Below, piece after piece: positions 52,809 through 64,000 of a DNA stretch of 64,000 bases; position 1 is the stretch's first letter, and the number at the start of each line of letters is the position of its first letter. The stretch is from Amoebidium appalachense (taxonomy: Eukaryota > Protista > Ichthyosporea): contig CAVNZM010000005.1 of assembly GCA_963693365.1 (NCBI GenBank), positions 2,656,342 through 2,720,341 of the forward strand, in the 5' to 3' direction. The notes beneath the pieces were generated by a model. The model saw only the letters and a program-made list of their open reading frames with translations, had not been told where the DNA came from and searched no databases. A program made the translations under genes and the position numbers.

Positions 52809-53993
52809 ATGGCACATGCCTATAATCGTTTCAGAACCTCTTTCAAAGTTCCATCTACACCCATCACACATGTGCGACCATTAAAACGTCCAGCAGATAC
52901 ACCTACCACAGATGCACAACCAGAAAAACATCGCCTTAGACTAAGCGCAACACCTATTTACAATACACTACCCATTCAGAATAACACCACACCACTCCGT
53001 AGAAACACAATAACAACCATGCCGAAACTTTCGGTTGATACAGTACTGGCAGAACTTGCCCTCGTTAAGAAACAGCTAAATGAGCTGTTACCACTCAAGA
53101 ACATGATAGAAAAACTCCAAACAGAAAATACCCAACTCAAGCTCACCATTGATTCACTCACAGCCCAGCTAAACATTAGTGGATCGCAAAACCCCAAAAC
53201 TCATGAGCAAACATCTCGCGACGGAGACATTTCCACCCCAACACAAAACAACACAGGACCGGAAGCACAGCTCCCGGCAGAGTTCCTAGAATATGCGAAC
53301 TCTCGTAAAACACCCGAGCTCCGCCAAATTGCCAAGGAAACATATGCCAGCATTCTTGCAGGCAACGAGTACCGCCGCAACTCCCCTCCCAAACCGCCGG
53401 CTAAGGGGAACACCCAAGCAAACGGTAACATCAACATCCCACCCAAATACGAGAGGGTGTATTTCAAAGTCAAGCACGGCAGACGCCCACACAGGGCCAT
53501 GTGGTCCATCTTCAAGGCTCTCGGCTTCCGGTGCTCTCGCATCCTTTGTCTGTCCTTCATTGGATACGATGTGCTGGAAGTAGCAGTACGGGGCGACTAT
53601 AACCGTGCGTTCATCCGTGACGCGACAAAGGGGTGTGGAAGCTTCTTCACCCACCTCCCAAGCTACGACCCATGCGCGCCGGAAAACATTCAGAAAGCAG
53701 ACAAAGAACGTAAAGTGTCTGCTAAGAATGCGTGCGCCACACGTTGTCGTGTACGCATCAGCAAGGCAAAAGAGTTCCTCGCAAAGTTGGAAAACGATGC
53801 TACGAGCGTGATAGACACGGACACGAAGGAACCAATGTTTTCTGGTGAGAAACTGCTCGAGCGCAAACGCCGATGCGAGATGGAAATCGAGCTCTTCTGC
53901 GAACTGTTCGCGCTGGCGGAAGGTCGTGCATACGACCCCGTAAGCGACAAGTGGGAACCAACCCCACAGGTGTCGGACCAAACCGATGCCTAA
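52809..53993 (+). CDS. LINE ORF1 protein (coiled coil + conserved C-terminal domain)
   Basis: 394-aa intronless ORF with a heptad-rich segment (LAELALVKKQLNELL...LQTENTQLKLTIDSL). Overlaps ORF2 by 8 nt (ATGCCTAA). Confidence 0.85.
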   Translation: MAHAYNRFRTSFKVPSTPITHVRPLKRPADTPTTDAQPEKHRLRLSATPIYNTLPIQNNTTPLRRNTITTMPKLSVDTVLAELALVKKQLNELLPLKNMIEKLQTENTQLKLTIDSLTAQLNISGSQNPKTHEQTSRDGDISTPTQNNTGPEAQLPAEFLEYANSRKTPELRQIAKETYASILAGNEYRRNSPPKPPAKGNTQANGNINIPPKYERVYFKVKHGRRPHRAMWSIFKALGFRCSRILCLSFIGYDVLEVAVRGDYNRAFIRDATKGCGSFFTHLPSYDPCAPENIQKADKERKVSAKNACATRCRVRISKAKEFLAKLENDATSVIDTDTKEPMFSGEKLLERKRRCEMEIELFCELFALAEGRAYDPVSDKWEPTPQVSDQTDA

Positions 53994-56900
53994 TTTATCC
54001 TTCTTCTTCTGGAATGCTCGGACACTGGGCCCCCAAAAGGGCCTCCCCCCCGGGACACTCGACGATAAAATCAGCTACATACAACAACAGACAAACAACC
54101 ACACGTTTACAGTGATTTGCGAAACACAGTTTAAAAACCACCACAAATTCAACTCTACATTGGTCGACACATCCACACACCCCGGTTACGCGAAAAACCG
54201 AGGCATTATTGTACTTGCCGCACCACACGTGAGAGTGAAGTGCAAACCGGTAGCAAAAACGGAATTCTCGGTTTCTATAGAGTTTCTTTCTAATGTTTTT
54301 ACTTTTGTATATTACCCACCATCTATGTCGGTTGTCGAATTGACTCACGAGTTGTCACAGTTACCAATGTCCACTGTTATTTTAGGTGATTTTAACACGC
54401 GACTCCACCACACAGACACACTGCAAGTGAGTGTCGGGTACCCATCTAAGCCCCCGGAGCGTGCTATCCCTTTAGCAAGGTATGTCCAAAGTCACACTTT
54501 GCGGTTCCCTCAAATATCCCATGCCCACAACACCGACTGGGGAGTGGCCTTTTGGCCATCAACCATGTCAAAACTCTCTCTCCCTCCTAACCTCTCTAGG
54601 TCATCTGACCACTCTCCTATCCTTTTCCTACCTAAGATCTCCCTTGATCTGCTCCCCCCTCCCCCTCCCACCTTTCGCCTCCGTCTATCCCAGCTTAAGT
54701 CACAGTGGGGTAGAGTTGATGTATGTGTATGCTATGCTACGAAACACCCTATATATATGCGCCTATTAGAATCTGCACAAGCCAGGCCAGATTCACATCT
54801 CGTACTAGATACATGCACTAACTTTATTGTTGATGATTTGATAGATCTCGGTGATTATGCTGGCGGTGGTAGGAAGGAATATCCCGATGCTCTCTTGTTA
54901 CCAAACACCACTCCCGCTAGACTAGGTGAACCCCTGTCTCAAAAGGAAAGCTTGCGCCGGCTTGCTAGTATGAATCGATTTGGCCCCCCTGCTCGTATTA
55001 TTGGTGATACCACTGGAGACCCCCTCATAGACTCTGATAAGTATTTCTCGGAACTGTTTAAAGATAGGACCCCCGCTCAGAAACCTATTGTGTGGCCTGT
55101 AGACCCATCTATCCCCATAGAATCGATCCTCCCCTTTTTCAGTCCCGATGCCATATGGTCTGTGATATCTAGTTATAGCTCTAGTAAGTCTTGTGGACCT
55201 GATGGACTCCCTGCTGGGTTTCTTAAAATCCTTGTTCCCTCCTACCCACAAAAGGAAAGTGATCGTGCTATTAAACCTGATCTTACTATCATGTTAAGCT
55301 CTCTCTTTTCTTGGTGTGTTAAATGTGGACATGTCCCGTCATCTTGGTTAGATACCTTAGTGATCCCCATAGTTAAGAAGGACTCTGAGGGCCCCATATC
55401 ATCCTTTCGCCCCATTACACTAACCCAGGTTGTTCGTAGATTCTTTGAAGCTTGCTTACTTAGGTTATTTGCACATCACCCTAGGTTTCAATCTATTCTT
55501 CACATACACCCATGCCAATCCGCTTTTCGTAAAAACAATTCATGTTATGTTCAAATAATGGCACTGCACGATTCTATGCAAGTTGGTGCACAATATGTTG
55601 GCTTTATTGATTGGAAAACTGCTTACGATTCTGTCTCCCCTGGTCTCCTATGGGAAAAGCTTGCTGCACGGGGTGTACCACACTGCATTGGTGTTCTGTT
55701 AGAAGCACTCTTGTCTCAAACCTATGGTAGAGCTGTGGTTAATGGGCATCTTTCATATGGTTTTGCTCGTACTAGAGGTCTCTTGCAGGGCTCATTGCTT
55801 AGCCCCTTTTTGTTTAACCTATTTATAGATGATTTGGCTGTCAAGATTTACGCCGAAAACGATGACCCTATTAATAACTTTCCGCCTGCACTTCTCTATG
55901 CTGATGATCTGTCCCTCCTTGCCCGTACCCCTAGACGCCTGCAAAGATTGTTCGATGTAGTGTCAGAGTGGTGCAAGGCAAACCTTATGATCCTTAACAT
56001 AGACAAATGTGGTGTTCTTGTACCTGATATAGCTAACAATTTACACACATTTACATTATCATCTAAACCTGTACCTATAGTTCCAGAATACAAATATCTT
56101 GGTGTTCCGGTTGATTCTGTTGGTGTTATGTTTCCCCATATGGTCGAAAAGAGGGTAGAGTTGGCTCGTAAGCGGTTAGCTTTCTTCTCGGCTAATATTT
56201 TTAAAGACACACCCCTCCATCCTTCTATTAGACTTACATTTATTCGCACTTTTGTCTTCCCGGCATGTGAATATGGTTTACCCCTTCTCGCCGCTTGGAT
56301 CAAGAAAGAGAGAACTAGAGCGCTTAAACCCTTGGCAAATTTCCTTGAAGCAGAAGTTGCCTCCTTTCTATCTAACAACTGTTGTAAACCTGGGCCTGTA
56401 ACGCTCTCGATATATGGTCTGGTCCCAATAGCTGCTAGAGTATCCTATCTCGCGCTGAAATTCAATAAGCACATAAGCCGCTTAAAGAAGTATTTGCCCT
56501 CCCACCCTCTCTTCTCTATCCGACCTGTCCCCTCCTCACCTCTCCCCTCTTTCCTCCCCTCTCTCTCCCCTTCTCCCCTGGGCACAAATACAAATAAACC
56601 CCGCAATAGTGTGTGTGTGACTTTGGACTGCCACTTACTTATTAAACATGTACACAATCACAAGATAATCACGCAATATAACAAATGGAAAAAGATACCA
56701 AACGACACTAGACCCGATGAAAGCATACACCTTGAAAAACTAAGCCTTATGTCTCGTTTTATATATACTGACCGCCTCAACCATATTGCCAAATATGGCA
56801 CTCGCAAGTGTATAACACCTAAATACATATTACCTTCCTGTAGAACTGGTCTTTCTCTAGCTGATGGTATTATTGATCAATTACCACGCTTTTACTGTAC

Positions 56901-57180
56901 ACGTGCTATACAGTGGAGATCTAATAAGTATAAGGTGGCATCATTTGCATGCCCAAACAACACACACACACACCAGTTTAACCGGTCATGTATCGCCAAA
57001 TGTAGTTTGATAGACCACATAATACCGCAACACACACACGTCACATTCACAACAGACACCCAGAAAGATAGCCTACCTGTAAATTACAACATCCTTGATT
57101 TTATACTAAACACGCGTAACTACGACCTGTTTATTAGATGTATTGATTGGCTTGAGAAACACATCACTACAAAATTATAG
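53986..57180 (+). CDS. LINE ORF2: AP-endonuclease + reverse transcriptase
   Basis: APE motifs WNARTL, CETQ, GDFN, SDH. RT motifs GPDG, FRPITL, QGSLLSPFLF, YADD, YKYLG. Confidence 0.97.
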   Translation: MPNLSFFFWNARTLGPQKGLPPGTLDDKISYIQQQTNNHTFTVICETQFKNHHKFNSTLVDTSTHPGYAKNRGIIVLAAPHVRVKCKPVAKTEFSVSIEFLSNVFTFVYYPPSMSVVELTHELSQLPMSTVILGDFNTRLHHTDTLQVSVGYPSKPPERAIPLARYVQSHTLRFPQISHAHNTDWGVAFWPSTMSKLSLPPNLSRSSDHSPILFLPKISLDLLPPPPPTFRLRLSQLKSQWGRVDVCVCYATKHPIYMRLLESAQARPDSHLVLDTCTNFIVDDLIDLGDYAGGGRKEYPDALLLPNTTPARLGEPLSQKESLRRLASMNRFGPPARIIGDTTGDPLIDSDKYFSELFKDRTPAQKPIVWPVDPSIPIESILPFFSPDAIWSVISSYSSSKSCGPDGLPAGFLKILVPSYPQKESDRAIKPDLTIMLSSLFSWCVKCGHVPSSWLDTLVIPIVKKDSEGPISSFRPITLTQVVRRFFEACLLRLFAHHPRFQSILHIHPCQSAFRKNNSCYVQIMALHDSMQVGAQYVGFIDWKTAYDSVSPGLLWEKLAARGVPHCIGVLLEALLSQTYGRAVVNGHLSYGFARTRGLLQGSLLSPFLFNLFIDDLAVKIYAENDDPINNFPPALLYADDLSLLARTPRRLQRLFDVVSEWCKANLMILNIDKCGVLVPDIANNLHTFTLSSKPVPIVPEYKYLGVPVDSVGVMFPHMVEKRVELARKRLAFFSANIFKDTPLHPSIRLTFIRTFVFPACEYGLPLLAAWIKKERTRALKPLANFLEAEVASFLSNNCCKPGPVTLSIYGLVPIAARVSYLALKFNKHISRLKKYLPSHPLFSIRPVPSSPLPSFLPSLSPSPLGTNTNKPRNSVCVTLDCHLLIKHVHNHKIITQYNKWKKIPNDTRPDESIHLEKLSLMSRFIYTDRLNHIAKYGTRKCITPKYILPSCRTGLSLADGIIDQLPRFYCTRAIQWRSNKYKVASFACPNNTHTHQFNRSCIAKCSLIDHIIPQHTHVTFTTDTQKDSLPVNYNILDFILNTRNYDLFIRCIDWLEKHITTKL

Positions 57181-57200
57181 CGCACGCGCACACACACACA

Positions 57201-57261
<61 letters not shown>

Positions 57262-57293
57262 CCAGCTGATACCGAGTGTCCCGAGGGGAGCCC

Positions 57294-57338
<45 letters not shown>

Positions 57339-59225
57339 GGGGAACCCCAACTAATTGATTTCTCCTTGTAGTCTTTATGGTGTCTCGTAGAGAAAGTAAA
57401 CCCTGATATATAGTCACCACCCGACATCTATGTACGTGATCATGATATACCGCTGAGGGGATATTCCGAGCAAAACCCCCCCCCCCATACCTGAGACTGG
57501 TTCTCTTTGCCTCGAGTAAACAGCGTAAACCCCAAAAGTTTCTGAGCTCATTGGCTTATCATCTCTGTCACTTTGCTATGATTGGCTGCTCTCAGGATCC
57601 AGGTTTTGCAACCCCGCTACCACAATTACGGGTATTTTCAGACGTATCCGTAATTTGGTTGGGCGGGTGTTTTACAGTCAAGATAAGCGTTTTTCAAAAG
57701 TTTTTGCTTTTATGTTTCTTACTTTATTTAAAACATTTATTAACTAGGTGTGCTGATTACTTTTGCTATGACTTTTTGTACCTGTCTACTTGAAAGTGTT
57801 TTAAGTCAGCAAAGTAGAAGAAACTGTGTATTTGCGAAATTCTACATTCGTCAAGATTTATGACATTTCATGGCTACTTTGTAGGCCAATCAAATAACTG
57901 TGAGACAATTAACTGCAGTTACTGTAGTGTATTGATGTGACTAAATTTGATAACAAATGCATCTGCCTGTTGCATTTGTTGTGTGATTTAAATTACACCA
58001 TGTATTGTTTCAATATGCAAACGATTTTTGCCGTTTGCTTGATTAATGAACACAAGACATGTCATTATATCAATACCAGGTGTGAAGCCCAGCTGCCCGC
58101 CTTCTTTGAAACCCTGGGTAGCCAAATTCAAAGCTTGAACGGTTGTGTCAACACTCCCACTCAAGTTTCCGTATAAATACGTTAAAATCTAGGAAACAAT
58201 TATAATTGAAGCTTGAAGCAGAATACTAATTTTAAATCAGTTTATTCAATAGTCATCACGGAAGCCTTTGTGTACATTTTAAACCAATCATCATTGAACT
58301 CGAGTCAACTGAATAGTTTGGATTGGTCTACAAGGAGCACTGCAAAACGGGTTAACCAATCGGAAACTGACGGAATGTTGGAAATACGACGATGTCATTT
58401 GCTGCGGCCCCTGAAGCAGGAGCGTGGCAAAGCGCTCTATTCCCACAATAGATCGATTCGTCTATAGTTATTTGTTTCATAGCTTTCGCGTATAAATCTA
58501 TCATTGTGCAGTTTTTATACTTCTATATATTACAGGAATGCTTAAAGCTGCAATATAATACTATTTTTCGGCTTTCCAAGTATATAAGAACGTTGTTTGG
58601 AATCGATTATTCTCATTTCCACAACCCTCCTCACTATACGCCAATTATAACTCTTTCCACACCCCAATCTGACCTCCGCAAAAATGCCCATATGCTTCTT
58701 TCACCATAGCAAGCGGCCACACGACCAGTCAAGAAACAAGAAAGAAACGAGAAACGGACGCTCCCCTTTTGGGTTTACTACCGTGCGTGTTACCGAAAAA
58801 ACAGTGCAAAATTGTTAGCTAGGGGCTGTAAGCTGTCAGTATTGTTATGACAAGTTCTCTCGTTAAGGGCGTGGCAGTGTCTGTAGGTGTCGCTTGTTGC
58901 GTAGTGTTTTTTCAGACAACAGTGTGTTTCTAACAGCTGAGTACTTCCGACGGACCTAACGAGCAAGCGAGATAAGAGGTGAGTGTGCCGTTGAAGGAAA
59001 ACAGTTGTTCAAGTTGCTTGTTTATTTTTATGCTTTATTTACATATATTTGTGAAAGGCACTCTTGTTTGTTCTTCCTTCCATTTACGCACTGTTCAATT
59101 TTTCAAAACCCTGTGGTTTCTTACTGGGCCTTCACGGCATTTTTCTCAAGTTAACGCTTTGCTCTTATTTTCTTGTTGCTGATATTCCGAAACTCCTCCC
59201 CCCATAACCGCAGGCTTGCGCCGGT

Positions 59226-60343
59226 ATGCATAGCTGGCGAAACCAACAGGGGCCAGTGGCTTCGGAAATGCCACCCCAACCCCACCCTCTTGGGGGGCCG
59301 TCACACAACATGAACATGTATGCCCCACAACCCAAACTTGGCATGCCACTGTCACAGCCCGCGCCCTATGGTCCGCCCCCAACAAACTTTTCCCGCCAAC
59401 CCCCGACGCTTCCCCCCCCCTGGCCCGCCCACAAAGGGGAGAAAGGGCTCGCCTAAGGCAAGTAAAAACCACGGCCTACAGAGCCCGCCGACCCAGGCCC
59501 TCCAGGCTCAACTCAACAACCCGTACTCCCAGCCGGCCCCAGGCCTTGCGCCTCATCCCTATCAGCCCGCGCCGCAGCTATTCCGTGGTCCCCCTGGGCC
59601 GGGCCCACACAACGTATACAGCAAGCCACCCATGCAGTTCGAAGCAGGGCCACAGGGGCCTGGTCGGTCGGACCCATACATGGCTAGCTACATGGCTCGG
59701 GGCCACATGGGCCCACCCTCCTATATGACCGTACCGGCACAGCCGCCCCCAGTGCTCGCAGGCCAACCAGGTTATCGCCACGTGAGCTTGGCTGAGAGCG
59801 GAGAAGAGGAGCTGAGGGCGGCTGAGGCCCTTCTGGAGATAGCAACGTGCCCACCGCGGTTCGGGCCCATCAGCTCACCACCCACCAGCCAGATGGGACA
59901 AGTACACAGGTAGGCTGAGCCTTTGGGTATATGTGTTGGTTTTCACCGTGGTTGTGGTGCAGCTTCTTACTGTGGGTGCCTTTGGATGGAACTGTAGAGT
60001 GTTTGAGTGTGATCACATGTTCGTGGGATGTTCTGTTTTGTGTTCACTCTAGGTCTGCAACATGATCCCTGTCATGGCCCTCTCATGACGTGTAACAGCT
60101 GTTCTTTTGTCCGTTGTGTGAAAGATTGTTCAGTTAGTAAGGGCACTCTAATTTGAAATTCTGATAAGTGTTTTCAGCAGAAAGGACAGTGGACCAGCAG
60201 TGTCCTTCCCAACACCCCCTCTGTCACCGCCAGAGGTGAAAGACGATATGAGCGCCGGCAAGAGGAGTAGTTCAGTGGGGCAGGAGCCAGAGAAGAAGAA
60301 ACGCAGCACCAAAAAGCCAAAGGTAGCGCAGCCACAAGCATAG
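59226..60343 (+). CDS. Proline-rich hypothetical protein, probably nuclear; frameshift at a C-run near 59412-59420
   Basis: ORFs 59226-59456 and 59320-59913 join at the C9 run. Donor at 59910. The last exon (~60178-60343) gives PTPPLSPP...KKKRSTKKPK followed by a stop. Confidence 0.65.
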
Positions 60344-62597
60344 AAAATATGTGTTTTTTTTCGATTAGTAGATGTGATATGTATGGTTTAAACTAGGTGG
60401 TTGGCTTAGAGTGTTTGGTGAAGGGGGGCTATGTCTCTCACGTGTTTTTGACCGCTCCCGTGCTTTTAACCGAGGAGGTTAAGAGGCTTGAGGATGGGCA
60501 CTGCGCCGCCCAAGACGGAGAGAGGTGTTTGGGGGGGGGGGAGGAGAAGCTCTTCGGCGGTTGCTTATGTATAGTTCCATAGAAATCGTGATGTTCGATG
60601 CGACTATATGTATAGGCTTAATACAGGCCATAGTTATACCTATTGAAGAATCCGTAGTTTTCCGGTTTGGAATACACGTACACACATAGGGAGACATATC
60701 GCACACCGATACGTATTGATCAAACCATGCTGATTTTCTTTTGTCTGGAACTGCCTGGTCGCAGTAGCTGATCCATTTTGTAACCCTCTGGGGCTCCTTC
60801 AGGCCGAACCACGGGCTAACGTATGAAGCAAATACGAATATACACACAAGAATACACAAGCCGTGTCGTACGTTTGTTCCGGCCACCGATGTTGCCAAAC
60901 CCACCCAGGAGGGGGGAAGTGCATACACACATACGTGTGGAAGCTGGTGACCCTCTCTTTCTTGCACGCTTTAGGGTACCGTATGTTGAGGGGAGATTCA
61001 GTGTCCCACTCGTGAGTGGATGGCAAGCGCTGAGCATAGTACGGGGCTCAGCTTGTTCCAAGAGCTACAAACAAAGCTAGACATCTTCTATTTTTGTGGC
61101 GGAGGGGTACTAGTCTTCTGAATTGAATGGCTCTGGTTACAAATTTTTCAAGGTTCGGCATCGACCTGCTACCTTTGGAGGCGCAGCTCTTATTTTTCAA
61201 TGATGGAGTCTGCGTAGTCCTGAGGATCGCTTCTCCTACTTCTGAAAACTAGAATACTCCACCATAGTACATCTGTTGCTACGACGGCTGGAGGCCACAG
61301 TCAGGACGTGGTCAGGGCATCGTTCATGTTGAAAGTTCGTGTTGAAGCCGCAAGGGCACACGAGAACTTGACCACGGTGATTCAGATCCGATCAACTCGA
61401 GAACGAGGCCTTCTTTGCATGTGATGGGCTGAATCCGAATCGGCTGCTTGCATCCCATGACGTACATGTGTGAGTGTGTATACTGTGTGTGTGTGGGGGG
61501 GGGGGGGGGGGAGGGGAGGGGGGAGGGGGGGGGGGGGGGGGGGGGGGGGGGAGGAGGAGGAGGGGGGGGCGTACTGGCTGAGCTGAGGAAGACAAGACCT
61601 TTGCTACATGTACAGCAGAGTTTACTTTTGGAAGGCTTACACTAATATTCCTACTTTTTTTGTGGTTTTTTTCAAAAGTTCGCAACAAGCTGCAGCTGAC
61701 GAAATCTCTAACCTATTTAGGGCTTCCCGCATAGCAAATGTACAATCTTAGAGTATCAGCTTTGGACTACTCAGAGCTATCTCCTCAGCTGCAGTGCCAG
61801 AAAAAAAAACACATCAAACGAAAAAAAAGCGCGTAGGTTTTGCACGGGCAAAAACGTCGTCCAAGCAAGTAGGTTCGGGTGTCAGAAAGAGATACCCTTT
61901 GGTCTGTAGAAGGTGGATAGGAGACTAGTTCTGGATAACGTGAGAGTTGGACGGGTTGGTGTGTTACCAAGTTTGTGTGTGTTCGGAGTGAGAATCTTGA
62001 GGGGGAAAGGAGACAAGGAAAGATGCGGTAATACACTTACCAAGCAGGAAGTTTTGAGGCGCATCCAAAAGAAGCAAGAGCCAAATAGCGAAAAGAAGGT
62101 TGCCTTCGGTGTAGCTGTCAGAGGGAAAGTGGGATCTATTTTGTGTGTGCGTTAAATGTAAGTGATTATAGTGATGTCCTGCTGTGCAGATCTTAGGATC
62201 GGTCAAGTTCTATATAGAAACATGTGTTTTCACTGTTAGCATTGTATTATCTTATTTAAATTCCGTGCTTTCTTATGTTTGTAGATAAAGACGGTTCATG
62301 CTCACAGAAGGAGTTAAACATTTTCGCCGGGTTTTTTTAAAGGAATGGGCCCCTTTTCGAGCTGCAAACCAAGATCTTTGCTCACGATCTGGGTCTTTTC
62401 TGTTTTCACGTTTCTGGCCTTTTGTAACAATGTGAAGCTGATGTTTGTTCACCTTCACAGTAACACATGGGTGCCATGGTGTCAGCATGGGATCGACCGT
62501 GATGGAGGTGGGATCCCATCTCCCCTGTTTCTTCTGTTTCTTGGTGATTTGGTTCCGTCTTATATAACCTTTTGGTTTCTTGGTGTCCAAGTTGGGG

Positions 62598-62638
<41 letters not shown>

Positions 62639-62865
62639 AGATCTCGCGCCGTTCTCCTTTCCACTGTGGTCTGGACAGAATCCGGCAGCAGTTTGTCTAC
62701 CCCGAGAACATTTCTTTTCCTTTTCTTGAAGCGGATCTTGGGTGCAACACAGTTATCCCCTATTGTCCCCTGAACAACCAACAAGGTTGGGTTTTTCCAT
62801 AACGCACGTGTAGAACTGAGCACATACTTGCTTCTATATAGGCACACACAAAAGAGCAACATACA

Positions 62866-62975
62866 TGAGAAACAAATACAGGTGCAAAACATGCTCTCAC
62901 GCAGGCGCGCACGCACGCACGTGAGAAACAAATACAGGTGCAAAACATGCTCTCACGCAGGCGCGCACGCACACA
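62866..62975. repeat. Tandem duplication with a ~56-bp period
   Basis: tgagaaacaaatacaggtgcaaaacatgctctcacgcaggcgcgcacgcac occurs twice. Confidence 0.9.
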
Positions 62976-62983
62976 CTCACGCA

Positions 62984-63037
<54 letters not shown>

Positions 63038-63338
63038 AGTGTGTGTAAATAGACTCACAGATCTCACGCACAAGCACACACAATGTGTCCTCAAACGTTA
63101 TCTTTTCCTCGGCATCGTTTTGAAATCTCCTTACCTCTTCCTGCGTCCATTCTTACATTATCCCAACTCTGTATAGTAAGCCTATTAGCCAAGGAGCCGA
63201 GACATGTGGTACCGAAACATATGGTGTGTGTGTGTACGTGTGGGTGGACGGGTGTGTGTGTGTGTATGGGTCTGTGTGTGTACGCCCACACGTGCATGCG
63301 TGGGAAAGTGGTTAGGCGCTCTGTCTGTGGTCTTCGGC

Positions 63339-63369
<31 letters not shown>

Positions 63370-63553
63370 GCCCAAACCACCACCACCACCACCACCACCT
63401 CTCCTTCTTTCTGGCTTGTCTGTATGCATGTGCGTGTTGGTGCCGATGTACGTGTGCGTGTGTGTTTGTGTATACATGTGCATGCGTGTGTGTGTTTTTG
63501 TACATGTGTGCTCACGCGCTGCCTGTGTGTGGCTGTGTGCGCAGGGGGGCAGT

Positions 63554-63712
63554 ATGGATGGTGCTGGGCAGCTCAGTGCGGCGGCAGCACGGTCACTGCT
63601 AGCCGAGGCACCCCAGCGCTATGCCGAGAGACAGAAGGCACAGAAGGACCTGCTGAGAGCTGCAGCCCTGGGCCACACAGACCACCTCAAGACACTGCTG
63701 GAAGGCCCTACG
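63554..63712 (+). CDS. Coding exon of a probable ankyrin-repeat protein; continues beyond the window
   Basis: MDGAGQ...DLLRAAALGHTDHLKTLLEGPT followed by a gtgagc donor, with a cag acceptor at ~63544. Confidence 0.6.
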
Positions 63713-63717
63713 GTGAG

Positions 63718-63925
63718 CACGTGTGTACGTGTGCACGTGTGTACGTGTGTGAAGGGTGTGGGTGTGCACGTGTGTGAAGGGTGTGGGTGTGTGTGCACGT
63801 GTGTGAAGGGGTGTGGGTGTGCACGTGTGTGAAGGGGTGTGGGTGTGCACGTGTGTGAGGGGGTGTGGGTGTGCACGTGTGTGAAGGGGTGTAGGTCTGC
63901 ACGTGTGTGAAGGGGTGTGGGTGTG
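63718..63925. repeat. ~26-bp intronic minisatellite
   Basis: gtgcacgtgtgtgaaggggtgtgggt units. Confidence 0.9.
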
Positions 63926-64000
63926 ACGGGTGAAAGCACTGCTAACTAGATCTTGGCGTGTTGGTGGTGTTGGGGATGGAGGTGGCGGTGGGATGGAAAT

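Larger units (their letters stand above)
52661..57533 (+). mobile_element. Full-length non-LTR retrotransposon (LINE, APE-RT); 5' boundary uncertain
   Basis: Two intact, intronless ORFs. The 3' end is defined by homology with 7270-7601. A 17-bp tandem duplication (aaatagatacttcacac) at 52661-52694 may mark the 5' junction. No target-site duplication was found. Confidence 0.9.

Noticed and set aside
57338-57533. Hammerhead ribozyme in the LINE tail
   Set aside because: The CTGA words are followed by TAT/TAC, GGG or GAC, not NGA.
57540-58700. AT-rich segment as a DNA transposon
   Set aside because: No terminal repeats, ORF or second copy found in the window.
60400-62800. High-complexity segments resembling decayed coding sequence
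   Set aside because: Multiple stops in the frames examined and no recognisable motif.

Overview
Eukaryotic genomic DNA with GT-AG introns packed with poly-G/poly-C runs and (CA)n, (GA)n and (GGGT)n repeats. A unicellular opisthokont is plausible, but the taxon cannot be fixed from this sequence. Most listed ORFs are low-complexity artefacts. Genes I can support: a CAMTA-type transcription factor (minus, runs off the left edge), a decayed ankyrin/Pelle-like kinase/RING gene (minus), Sin3 (plus, 23055-42826), an unidentified multi-exon gene (minus, 44057-50838), a proline-rich gene (59226-60343) and the start of an ankyrin-type gene at the right edge. Mobile DNA: an intact APE-RT LINE, a 5'-truncated relative of it, and two MITEs. 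The main discovery candidate is a set of three divergent intronic repeat subfamilies (A, B, C; 9 full or partial copies, including a 453-bp tandem array). They share a covarying RNA fold containing every hammerhead-ribozyme core nucleotide (CUGANGA, C-GAAA-C, GUH) in a strand order that matches none of types I-III, plus a canonical kink-turn. They insert into poly(C) tracts. This looks like an undescribed retrozyme-like system. All structures were folded by eye, and no activity has been shown.
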